Assembly: GCF_001194135.2 (NCBI RefSeq)
Contig: NC_068997.1
Span: 50,801,361 to 50,835,865 of the forward strand
Length of the DNA stretch: 34,505 nucleotides
From: Octopus bimaculoides
Taxonomy: Eukaryota
Reading direction: 5' to 3'
The notes under the pieces were generated by a model that had not been told where the DNA came from, did no database searches, and worked only from the letters and a program-made list of their open reading frames with translations. Shown piece after piece: positions 1 through 11,582 of this stretch; position 1 is the stretch's first letter; each line of letters begins with the position of its first letter. A program made the translations under genes and the position numbers.

Positions 1-35
<35 letters not shown>

Positions 36-278
36 GTATATTTACATATACATGTATATACATAGATAAATATGTATAATATATATATATTTATACACAC
101 ACACATACATCCATATACACATATATATATAAATATACATACTGATATATAAATATACATACGTATATATACATATATACATACATATACACACTTACAC
201 AGAGTGTATGTGAGAGAGAGAGAGAGAGATCTATATGCATAAATGTGTTTGTGTAAGTATGTGTTTATAGAGACGTAC

Positions 279-427
279 ACTGCACACAGCTTATTCTGTG
301 TGTGTTCTTTCGCTAGTTCATGAGTCAAGACAGTCGACTCGACTATATCAATCGCTCTCCTTCGAAAATGTGTCAGGGTCCTCTCTGGGTGTCGGCTGAC
401 ATTTGTTTTTGTTTCCAACATGAAATA
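279..427 (-). CDS. Candidate internal coding exon (149 nt, phase 0 in, phase 2 out): YFMLETKTNVSRHPERTLTHFRRRAIDIVESTVLTHELAKEHTQNKLCA
   Basis: Unique-sequence island between microsatellites. Minus-strand acceptor gtagctttag|TAT and donor GCAGT|gtacgt. This is the only frame open across the island; it is missing from the ORF track because it runs off the window without a stop. Phase-compatible with exon 3961-4059. Confidence 0.5.
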
Positions 428-591
428 CTAAAGCTACATACATATATACGTACATACGTACATACATACATTCAGTCTTAATGTTCACTTTTCCATGCTT
501 GCATGGGTTAAAGTTTACTGAAGCAGATTTTCTATGACTGGACGCCTTTCCTGTTGCCAACACTCAATTGTTTTCAGGCAACATTATATAA

Positions 592-948
<357 letters not shown>

Positions 949-2388
949 TAGAAGACGCTTGTCCAGAATATCATACATATATACAGCTAGATACAGCTAG
1001 CTAGACTGAGGTATAAATACTAAAATACTATTACCATAGAAACAGAGAGTACCAAAAGCAAGATATGAGCCCTTGACTTTTAAGTAAGTATTTTAAAATA
1101 ACTTGGCCAGCTGTGATTCCTACTTTCCGATTTAATCAACAAATTAAACTGTAACGATATAAATCTCATCCTAAATTAATCAGATAAAGATTATTTTGGA
1201 ATATTTATCTTCCAGCTGATGATTCATTGAAAGTCTTTAAACTTTCAGGTTTGTATTTGAAATTAAAACTACTTGAAGAATAATATGAAAATAGATGAAA
1301 GAATTTTAAAGAATAAAATAGAAAATGAAATAAAATAAAGAACATATTTGAGAGGGGAAAATGTGTGGGAGGGATTGTAGGGTGTGCCGGTTACCTTTGA
1401 TATAGTAAAGGTGCCAAGTTTTGGAATTATGCCAGAAGTTACTGCCACATCAGTTTGCCAGAGGAAGAATTGTAGTAGAGTGTAGTAGAAGTATATGTGT
1501 GGAGTGTGTGTGTATGAGTGTGGAGTGTGTATGAGTGTATGAGTGTGTGTGTGGTGTGGAGTGTGTGTGTGTGTACGTGGAGTGTGTGTGTGTATGTGTG
1601 CAGGTGCAATAGTAAGATACAGCAACATTCAAATAAATGAAGACTTTGGATGCATCTTCCACTTGTGTATCTCCAAGAACCTGAGAATTGCTCGTTAGCT
1701 AATTGGTTGTTAGCTAATTCAGATCTTAATTCCATATCGTCACCCACCCAGCACTTTCTGCTCTCCCACCCCATTCACAGGCTATCATCATCCACACATG
1801 CTACTGCTGTTATTACTACTACTACTACTACCCCCCCACCACTTTGACTTTCTCCAGTTTTTCTACCTCTCTAAAGGTTGATGTCATTGAGAGGAGTTGT
1901 GGCTTTCATCATTCCTCATATCATTTTCTTTTTACCAGACCAATACTGATGTGTCTATCTCTCATTTCTGCCTTAAAGATGGGCAGAATTCACTGTGAGG
2001 TGAACCCCCTTCTCTGGCACCAATTATGGCCATCTCTACTGGTTATTCCTAAGTATCAGGTTAACCCCTTTCTCTGGCCCCAAACATAGCCATCTCTGTC
2101 AGTCAACCACCTCAATACAATCTACCCCTCAATCCCACCCTGTCGTTTATGATCTTTGTCCCTTCACAGATTGTGGCAGACAACTGAGGTTCCATTTGGA
2201 GAGGAGTTCTTCTCACTCAAACCATTTCCTTATGAAGGTAAAAACACAGCTGCCTAATAGGTGTGCCCAATCATAATTGACATGTTCGTCTACACATGGA
2301 CATGGCAGAAATTGTCCCAAGAGAAAAGAAGTCTTATAGACAGCATGCATAAAAAACACCATTGGGCTATGGATTGTGTCATTGGACT

Positions 2389-2445
2389 ATAGGACATATG
2401 TATTTCTGCATCATAGGACATATGTATTTCTGCATCATAGAACAT
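2389..2445. repeat. 24-bp tandem duplication (ataggacatatgtatttctgcatc x2, plus a partial third copy)
   Basis: Direct reading. Confidence 0.9.
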
Positions 2446-2727
2446 CATCAACAAAAAATACAGAGTTGTCCTTCACAGTCACAAACAACAGCTTGCTCTT
2501 ATATTAGAACAGCAAATGGTACATTTTCTGGTATGCACACAATTTTGTCAGGCTGGAATTAATTAATGCATGCATCCTAGAGTCTGATGTAGTCATTCAT
2601 ATCCCAGTAGTGTATTTTTTCCAATATTGTCAGTAATGAGAATCTTTTCTCTTGAGACAATTTCTGCAGCATATGTCTTTCCATGTCTAAATGTTCACAA
2701 ACATGTTTAATATATATAAATATAATT

Positions 2728-2794
<67 letters not shown>

Positions 2795-2795
2795 C

Positions 2796-2832
<37 letters not shown>
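2728..2832. repeat. (TG)n followed by (TA)n microsatellites
   Basis: Direct reading. Confidence 0.95.
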
Positions 2833-2838
<6 letters not shown>

Positions 2839-3819
2839 GAAATTGTAGATAAACTGCACATACATATTTATATGCATACACACACATGTACACGTGTGCA
2901 TGTGTGTGTATGTGTACATTTGCATCAAATAAAACAAACCTTTGTGTTTTGAGATATATATATATATATATATAGCAGTGTACAAATGTATAAAAAAATA
3001 TACGAGGAACTCCATGTACTTGTGTGAGCTTGTGTGAGCATGTGTGTGTGTGTGTGTGTGTGTGTGTATAAATGTATGTATATATGAATACATATTTCTG
3101 TATTATAAGCACACATATATTGTACTATATGCAGTTAACATTAAGTCTTTATTCATACATACATACATACATACATACATAAATAAATATGTATATATAT
3201 ATATATTTATATGTGTGTGCATTTGCATGTGTGTGGTTGGGTGATACGTGTCTGCATATGTACAAAATATCTTTCTTGTCTAGTTATATCTAAAAGCTAA
3301 TCAATAATTATGAATTCATACATAATGTACCTGTACATATGTATACATATATGTGCATTCATAAGTGTGTGGAGGGTGGGGAAAACGCATGCACTGGTAT
3401 ATGCACACAGGCACCGCCATCTCCCCCCGCCCCCCCAGATGACTCACAGTAATGGAATGTGATTGAACTGCCCTCTATATATAACTTTCTATTGAAATTC
3501 ACTTCAGTACATTCTTTGAAGATGCAATTTCCGTACTAATTACAGTGCTCAGGTTTATGGTAGAGATGGTAAGATAACGAGCAAGCTTGTAAAAGGAGGT
3601 GGTGGTGGTGGGGGTTCACTCAATTTGCTAGAAACAACAGCTAAATCATCATATTATATTGTAGTATCTTAGAAACAGGGAAGGACACATCAGATAATGT
3701 AGTCCAAAATACACTGTCGTTATCATCATCATCATCATCACCTGTGACAATAACGTCACTACCACCACCACTGCAAAACCACCAACATAAACGCCACAAC
3801 TACCATTACCACCACCAGT

Positions 3820-3915
3820 GGGGATAAAGTAGGAGGCACTTGCCCAAGGTACTGTGCAGTGAAATTGAACCCCCAAAGCACATGCTTGCAAAGTGAGTTT
3901 CTTAACGAACGCACT
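3820..3915 (-). mobile_element. SINE family A head fragment
   Basis: cacttgcccaaggtactgtgcagtg...gaacc is the reverse complement of the family A head seen at 32146 and 26527. Confidence 0.65.
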
Positions 3916-3960
3916 CAAGCTTTCATCATCTACGGACATATCGAAAACAAAATTACTTAC

Positions 3961-4059
3961 ATCATTGTCGTCAACACATTGAAGGTGTGGACCGTCATAA
4001 CCTGTGCCTGCCATGTCAAACATTTGACTTAATGTCAATTTCTGTGGGTCACATGTTTT
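3961..4059 (-). CDS. Internal coding exon (99 nt, phase 0-0): KTCDPQKLTLSQMFDMAGTGYDGPHLQCVDDND; possible Mab-21/cGAS-like NTase segment
   Basis: Strong acceptor ttgttgtttattttcag|AAA and consensus donor GAT|gtaagt. Exactly 33 codons; the other two frames hit TGA early. Confidence 0.75.
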
Positions 4060-4616
4060 CTGAAAATAAACAACAACAAATGGTTAGTACATTATATTCA
4101 CCATTAGTTCTAACAACAACACTATGCTACATGTTTAATTCACTGCATTCAACATATATGTTAACAATAGTATGCTATATGTTTAATTCACCATGTATCA
4201 AATAATACACTATATGTTAAACACTACACTCACAATGTATCTAACCACCCTATGAACATGTCTGATTTACTACATTCAGCATATATCTAACTGCAATACA
4301 CTGCAGGTTTCTTATTATAATCACCATATACACAACAACAGTATGTTACATGCATAATTCACTTTATCCACTATATCTTTCTCAACAGTATACATGTTTA
4401 ACATTTTATTCACCAAACATCTAATAGTACACTCCATGTTTAACATCTGGTCTCTCACACCTACCCTACAATGTCATTCTGAAAATAAGATATCACATCA
4501 TCAAAATCTCAAAGCTATGAGATAATGCTTGATTAGGTAATCTGAATGCTAAAGGCCTATATAAACTATAGGCACGAAGCCTATAAGTATAGGCACAAGA
4601 CCTATAGTAAAAATGA

Positions 4617-4618
4617 TG

Positions 4619-4659
<41 letters not shown>

Positions 4660-4870
4660 GATGGCAAACTGGCAGAACTGTTAGTATCCTGGACAAAATA
4701 GTTAGTGGTATTCCTTTATGCTCTGAGTTCAAATCCTGTGGAGGCCAATTTCGTTTTTCATTCCTCTGGGGTCCATAAAACAAAAAGACACAAAGTACCA
4801 ATCAAGTACAGGAGTTGGTGTAATCAGCTTCCAAACTCCCACAAAATTGCTGGCTTTGTGCCAACATTAT
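4617..4870 (+). mobile_element. (ATT)n run followed by tRNA-derived SINE, family B
   Basis: tggcaaactggcagaa...tctgagttcaaatcc head, shared with copies at 10527, 12660, 15164, 19771 and 19971. Confidence 0.75.
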
Positions 4871-5523
4871 CATCATCATCATCATTATTATTATCATTAT
4901 TCCTGCTGCTGCTGCTGTTGTTCTTTTGTTGAAAGAATCAAAATAGTATCGATTAATTGTATGGTTAATTACACTTAAATTAACTGGTTCTTTGTTTCTG
5001 ACAAACTGCATCTTTTGCAACATTAAGTGCATGTGGGTGCATCTGTGCAAACGCAAACGCACACAAAGGTGTATGCATTTAAAAAAAGCACACACACTTA
5101 GATGCACATGCTTAAAACACACATATATATACGCACACTCACATATATACACACACATAACATGCCCTTACACATGTGAAAACGTGAGGGAGACACAAAC
5201 ACACAAATATACAAACACAAGTTATACACACACAGAACATTTAATTACATTCCTATATATATATAAATATATATGAGCCAAACAAGTTTATATACACACC
5301 CAAATGAACTTACTACACATGCTCTTAAAAATATGAGACAGACAGGCACACATACACACACACACAGGTAAGGCCTTAAATACACACACACACACACACA
5401 CATACAACAAAAAAAAATCAATAACTAAAAATCAGGAGAGTCTTGTAACAATCAAACAAGGCTGAAAAGTGATGTGTGTTGGAGGTGAGGGGGGGGGGAA
5501 GAGTAGCAGCATTGCTGCAGTTT

Positions 5524-5643
5524 TTGATGATGATGATGGTGGTGATTGATGATAGTGGTGGTGATGATGGTGGTGGTGATGATGGTGGTGGTGATGATGG
5601 TGGTAATGATGGTGGTGGTGATGATGGTGGTGGTGATGGTGGT
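5524..5643. repeat. (GAT/GGT)n triplet array
   Basis: Direct reading; source of the poly-His/Pro/Gly pseudo-ORFs. Confidence 0.95.
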
Positions 5644-6037
5644 ATTTTCGATTCACCTTTGCTTTGTGGTTTATATTTCAAAATTACTGAGTCGCTCATC
5701 AAGTTACAAGGTCGAGAGAGATAGAGAGTAAGAGATAGATAGATGGATAGAGAGGAGGAGAGAGGGACAGAAGGTAAGAGAGAGAGAGTGTGTGTGTGTG
5801 TGTGTGAGGGATACTTTTTCTCTGTCTCTCTTTTTCTTTTTCTGCAAAGTACCAAGTTAAACTGGAATGATTATGGTTCTTAAATACCAATCGATACTCT
5901 CAGGTCACAATCGACCGCCACAGAATGGAAATATAACATTTATTTAATCGTTGATAATTTTACGCTTTAAAGAAATAAATTGCTACAATAACAAAATAAA
6001 TGGATAAAAAATATAATAAAACAGAATAAAATAGATG

Positions 6038-6312
6038 CAGCCATGGCTGTGTGGTTAAGAAGTTTGTTTTGCAACCACAACATTTCAGGTTCAGTTCCAC
6101 TATGTGGTACCATGGACAAGTGTTTTTTGGGGGTTTTTTTCTACTATACCTCCAGGCCAATGAAAGCCTTGTAAGTAGACATGGTAGATGGAAACTGAAA
6201 GAAGCCCATTGTATTTATTAGGAAGGGCATCCAATCATCGTAACTATGCTAAAACAGATATTGGAGTTCAATGCAGTCCTCTGGCTGGTTGGATCCTGTC
6301 AAACCATCCATG
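6038..6312 (+). mobile_element. SINE family A head joined to an aggaagggcatcc-type tail
   Basis: atggctgtgtggttaagaag...ggttcagttccac...gaaactgaaagaagccc, then ttaggaagggcatcc shared with the copy at 6661. Confidence 0.75.
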
Positions 6313-6660
6313 AAGGGCATTAAAAGCCTTCCACTATTTGTGTTTACCATTCACTGTGATTCCCTCCATCTGCATCTCAATCCATCTGCCACCTGCCTCT
6401 CACATTCTCATGAACACACACCTTTTCTCCTTCTCTTCCACACTGCTCAATTCTCTGGTCCACTGATATTCACCCATTCCAGTTCCACGAATGGTATTTC
6501 CCGACACCTCTTTGCCACCATCTCCTCTACTCTGCAACACACCAGCTTCTGTTCCTCTGCCTTACTTTAACCTCTCGTCACATGATACAAAACCACCTCC
6601 CACACTTTCCTCAGTTGAGGGATCTTGATCTTGTGAGTTACTAATGTTGTGGGGGGGGGG

Positions 6661-6858
6661 GCACATAGAAAACACCCGGTGTACTTTGTTAAGTGGTTGG
6701 CGTTAGGAAGGGCATCCAGCTGTAGAAGCTCTGCCAAATCAGATTGGAGCCTGGTGTAGCCATCTGGTTTCACCAGTTCTCAGTCAAATCGTCCAACCCA
6801 TACTAGCATGGAAAGCGGACGTTAAACGACGACGACGATGATGATGATGATGATGATG

Positions 6859-6860
<2 letters not shown>
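6661..6860 (+). mobile_element. SINE/LINE 3' tail ending in (GAC)(GAT)n; RTE-type tail is an inference
   Basis: ttggcgttaggaagggcatccagc...gcatggaaagcggacgttaaacgacgacgatgatgat; a reverse fragment of the same motif lies at about 530-565. Confidence 0.65.
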
Positions 6861-6892
<32 letters not shown>

Positions 6893-6987
6893 AATTAGTT
6901 ACATGTATGCCATATTTCCTTATGTTAAACTCATGCTGGCAAACATATACCAAAGGGTCTACCAGTCGTACGCCGGATAACACTAGC

Positions 6988-7019
<32 letters not shown>

Positions 7020-7190
7020 CCTATTCATTTCAAAAGTGAGACGTACAACCCGTCACTTACTCCAAACACGTAAAACACAAACCCTAACAGGGCAGTAGTT
7101 ATAGCAGTGAACGAGTGAAGTCTCAATTTTCAATGAATGAACAAGATTTTCAAGGAAAATGTATTTTTCTCTTTCATTTGCGCGTGCGAG

Positions 7191-7232
<42 letters not shown>

Positions 7233-7429
7233 ATGTACGCAGATGTAGGAAGAATTTCCCCGTTATATATTATTCAGCTCTTGTATTTTTCTTTCTAAAT
7301 CCAATGGTAGCCAGAGAAGAGAGAGACGGGGTGGAGGAAGGGGTGGTGAGAAGAAAGGGAGAAAGAGGGAGTAAAGGGGCGAGGGAGAAGAGGAAGATGA
7401 AAGAAAAGGGACAGAGGGGGAAGCACAGA

Positions 7430-7511
7430 AGATAGATAGGCAGATAGATAGAGATAGATAGAGGGAGAGATAGATAGATAGAGGGAGAGATAGATAGATA
7501 GATAGAGGGAG

Positions 7512-7549
<38 letters not shown>

Positions 7550-7550
7550 A
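7430..7550. repeat. (GATA)n array within a GA-rich tract
   Basis: Direct reading. Confidence 0.9.
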
Positions 7551-8551
7551 TGTAGGGAGAGAAAGAGAGATAAGGAGAGAAAAAGAGAGCTCGAGAGGGA
7601 GAAGAAAGAAACGTGGGGAAAAATAAAGGGAGAGAGAGAGAGTGGTGTAGGGGAGTAAGAAAATGGTTGGAGAAAGGAATTTGTTAAATAAATGGGAACG
7701 AATTCCTCTCAGTGCAAAAGAATGGAAGGGCATCGCCGTCCACACACACACACACACACAGTGACACATAGCCATAGTGACACACATATACACACACATT
7801 TTTTCCCCTTTTCTCCTTTATACACTGCTTGATATTGTGCCCTTAGAACATTCCAGTTGGAAAGCCAAAGGTGTTGGTGGAGGCGGCAGCGACACTGGCC
7901 ACGGGATAATAATAATGATAATAATATTAATAATTACAGAGGAGAAGTCGGAGGAATGGGGGAGAGGAATTAGGGTGACATACTTAAGAGGGAACACAAA
8001 CATTCCACAGGAACCACTGCTACTACTGCGGCTGCTGCTGCCTCTGCCCATACCACCACCACCACTACTCCTCCTCAGATTAACGTCACTTCTATTGTAT
8101 TATAAACCTCCTTGTCCCCCAACTACATACACGCATAGCCTTACAACCATACTCACACATATACAACCACATACAACTACACATACATATAGAACTACAC
8201 ATGCATATACCACACACACACACACACAGCCACACAATTACCAATACGTATACAACCACACATGCACACACATACATAAAACCTGATCTCCTATGGCATT
8301 TATTTTCTACTCTAAGGCTTTCGGGGGCCCCAGGAATTATGTACATACCAAAGGATCTTCCCTCGTCTCTTCCCCCTCCCCTAATCTTTTTTTAAACACC
8401 CACACATGCACGCAGTTACAGATAGCAACACACACACACACACACAGGATACCACATAAACACACTCTTACATTGACACATTTGAGAACACCTTCTGTCG
8501 TCAGTTATTTTTTCCGTCTAATATAAACATTATTTCATTACATTTCCAAAG

Positions 8552-8588
<37 letters not shown>

Positions 8589-8661
8589 CGAGAGAGAGAG
8601 AGAAAGAGAGAGAAAGAGTGAGAGAGAGAGAGAAAGAGAGAGAAAGAGTGAGAGAGAGAGA

Positions 8662-8950
8662 GAGAAGCTTCCCTCTCAATCACATAATTTCGGGTCCAGT
8701 CGCTCTGCGTGGCACCTTGGGCAAATGTCTTCTACTATAGCCTCTGCCACCCGAACCGATCAATGCCTTGTAAGTGGACCTGGTAAATGGAAACTGAAAG
8801 AAGCTCGTCTATGCGTGCGTGTATGTTTTGTCCCGATAGAATGGCAGACTTTAATATAAACACAGGTCGATTTATTTGACTAAAACTCTTTCAAGGTAGT
8901 GCCCCAGCACGGCCGCAGTCCAATCATTGAAACAAGTAAAAAATAAAAGA
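8662..8950 (+). mobile_element. SINE family A, degraded and internally deleted
   Basis: gcgtggcaccttgggcaaatgtcttctactatagcc...gaaactgaaagaagc...ggccgcagtcc...gaaacaagtaaaa. Confidence 0.8.
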
Positions 8951-9339
8951 TATATATATATATATGAGAGAGGGGGGGTGACATACGTGCCTAGAAACAT
9001 ACATATATACAAGCAACAATTTTGGCTGTAATGTATAAAAATGTTTAGTATCTCCCAGAAATATCTGAAGATGTTTAAACAAACGATGACTCAATCACTA
9101 AAGGGTAATCGTGAACAATAGAGATTCGAATAGAAATTACAACACCTAAGAACTGGCGACAACGAATCAGTGAATTTGCACGGTAGGAAACACAGAATGA
9201 GTCATTCCAGGTGAGAAAATACCTGTTAAAGTCAGTGGTTTATTGTAGCTATTCACAACATGTGATGGGAATAACACAATAATGTAAACACATAAATACC
9301 ATTTTATTACTTATAACTATAATATATACTATTGAATAA

Positions 9340-9383
<44 letters not shown>

Positions 9384-9385
9384 CT

Positions 9386-9700
9386 CAGGCGTGGCTGTGT
9401 GATAAGATTGATTTTCAATCACATGGCTCCCGGGTTCAGTCTCACGGCGTGGTACCTTGGCGAAGATAAAGAATACGCACACCTGGTGTTTAGGAGCCCT
9501 AGGCCGGCCAAAGCCTTGTGAGTGGATTTGGTCGACGGAAACTGAAAGAAGCTCGTCGTATATGTGTCTGTGTGTGTGAGTGTGTGAGAACACTACTTGA
9601 CAACCGGCTTTGGTTTGTTTACGTCTTCGAGACCGATAGAATTAGTACCAAGCTTAAAATAAGTACCAGGGCTGACCTGTTCGACTACAAACTCTTCAAA
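9386..9700 (+). mobile_element. SINE family A
   Basis: ggcgtggctgtgtg...gggttcagtc...aagccttgtgagtggatttgg...gaccgatagaat. Confidence 0.8.
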
Positions 9701-10159
9701 TATATATATTTATAAACATAATAGATAGATAGATAGATAGATATAGATGTACAATATCGATTTTCCAGAACATTTGGTTATCTTTAAATTAAACAAATAG
9801 TAACATATATTTAAATCAGATATTTGTACTTTCGCATAACCGATACAAGCTTATTAATACAGTACTGAGCTAGATACTGTGAAACAGGGCCGTCGAGTAA
9901 ACTAGTCTGGCAGCCGTGGGGATTTGAAGTTCTTGCTGATAAATTAATGCCCATTATAAGAGGTTCTGGACCATCAATAGTTGAGAAGAGGTCGCAAGAT
10001 CCGTCGTTCAACCCGTTTTTCATTAATAGAAAAAGAATCAGTGAATGGTTCACTTGTGGCCCTTTTCAACGGCCCATTGGCACAACGCAACCGATTTCAA
10101 GAAACTGAAAGAAAGAAGGAAGCATCTACACTAATGCTCGAATGGTTCTTTATCAACCA

Positions 10160-10285
10160 GTGAAGAGGATGAAAGACACAGTTGACCTCGGCGGGGGTTT
10201 TAGCTCAAAGTGCAGCGAGCCGGAACAAACACTGCAAGGCGTTGTATATAAATACAACGCTCCAATGACTTCGCCTATTGGCCAC
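10160..10285 (-). mobile_element. SINE family B head, inverted and degraded
   Basis: ggatgaaagacacagttgacctcggcgg...agctcaaag resembles the minus-strand copy at 24762-24968. Confidence 0.6.
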
Positions 10286-10526
10286 TTTATAAATGATAGT
10301 TTCCCTTATTAAGTTTATATAAATAGAGCAGAAAATGTGGAATAGATTTAGAAACGGATGTTTAACAAGCTGGAAAATAAATTTAATTATAAGACAATCA
10401 ATGATATATCTATGCAACATGCTCTAAGCTGATTAGGGACTACTGCACAGTCGCTAATCTTATCTAAAACGTTATTTACGATAAATTTATTTAATTAAGG
10501 GGATACGTAACTTATTTAATAATATT

Positions 10527-10705
10527 ACGAACTGGCAAAATAATTAGCGCGTTGGGCAAAAAATGCTTGGCAGCATTTCTTCCGGTTCTTTACGTTCTGA
10601 GTTCAAATCATGCTGAGGGCCAGTTTTACCGTTCATTCCTTGGGGGGGGGGTGTAATAAAATAAAGTATTAGTTAAGTACTGCTGACCTCATGCCAAAAT
10701 TAGCA
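10527..10705 (+). mobile_element. SINE family B
   Basis: actggcaaaa...aaatgcttggcagcatt...tacgttctgagttcaaatc. Confidence 0.75.
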
Positions 10706-10721
10706 TAACTGCGTAGTTAAT

Positions 10722-11047
10722 GATTCCGAACCGGGTTCAGTCCTACCGTGTGACACCTTGGGTAAATTTCTTCTACTATAACCCCAGGACGATCAATGCC
10801 TTGTGAGTGGATTTGGTAGACGGAAATTTTGTGTGTGCGTTTGCAACCCCAACCCACCCCAACTACGCTTGACAACCGGTGTTGGTTTCTTTACGTCCTT
10901 GTGACTTAGTGATTCAGCAAAAGAAAACCGATCGAATAAGTACCGTGCTTTGCAAAAATAATAAGTATTGGGGTTAGTTTGTTCGACCAAACCCCTTCGA
11001 GGCATGACCGCAGTCCAATAACTGAAACAAGCAGAAGATAAAATAAA
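10722..11047 (+). mobile_element. SINE family A, 5'-eroded
   Basis: gggttcagtcc...ttgtgagtggatttggtagacggaaa...cttgacaaccgg...gaataagtac...actgaaacaag. Confidence 0.8.
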
Positions 11048-11197
11048 CACTGTGGTTTCGATGATGGAACCCAAATGATCAACACTGGACATATCAAAGA
11101 ACTCTTAAGAAATATCATAGTCATGTGATCCACGACCAACAAATCGATTAGATGTTCTCTTGTCTCCACCACCACCACCACCATCATCATCACTATC

Positions 11198-11368
11198 CAG
11201 GGCTGTTTAAGTAGTGTTATAGCCCCCGGGTAAATCATTGCAATAGGCCCTATATTATTTATTTATTGAAGGCAAGCTACAGCACACACACACACACATA
11301 TATATATCAGAATTGGGCCCTTGGACTTCTGGGCAACTGCCCAATATGAATATGCCTTAAGACGGCTG
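11198..11368. mobile_element. Small non-autonomous TIR element (MITE); hAT-like ends are an inference
   Basis: Left end CAGGGCTGTTTAAG and right end CTTAAGACGGCTG form an imperfect inverted repeat; the element interrupts a (CAT/CAC)n tract. Confidence 0.5.
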
Positions 11369-11369
11369 T

Positions 11370-11582
11370 CATCATTGTCGACGTCATCATTATTGCCACG
11401 ACTAACACTATCCTAATCATCATCATTATTACAATCACCACTATTGCCATCGTCATCATCATCATCATCATCCTATCACCACACAACTGTCAGCACATCA
11501 CCGCCACCACTACCACCACCATCAACACCACACTATTACCATTATTACATCATCACCACCAACACCATCGCCGCCGCCTTCA
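11370..11582. repeat. Degenerate (CAT/CAC)n tract
   Basis: Direct reading. Confidence 0.85.

Noticed and set aside
1269-1460. Possible LINE RT C-terminal relic (MKIDERILKNKIENEIK*...)
   Set aside because: An A-rich, stop-interrupted reading with no diagnostic motif; too weak to call.
2630-2686. Alternative downstream exon after 3961 (acceptor catttag) giving DDND-TWKDICCRNCLKRKDSHY*
   Set aside because: The acceptor is weak and it would terminate the protein at once. Kept only as a possible alternative terminal exon, which would weaken the NTase hypothesis if it is the real junction.
9060-9230. Exon candidates on either strand (IEITTPKNWRQRISEFAR; YFLTWNDSFCVSY...)
   Set aside because: Each candidate has only one convincing splice site. 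Chaining them into the minus-strand gene needs several poor donors and would be overfitting.
10066-10068. Selenocysteine interpretation of the in-frame TGA
   Set aside because: No SECIS could be recognised by eye and there is no redox CxxU-type context.
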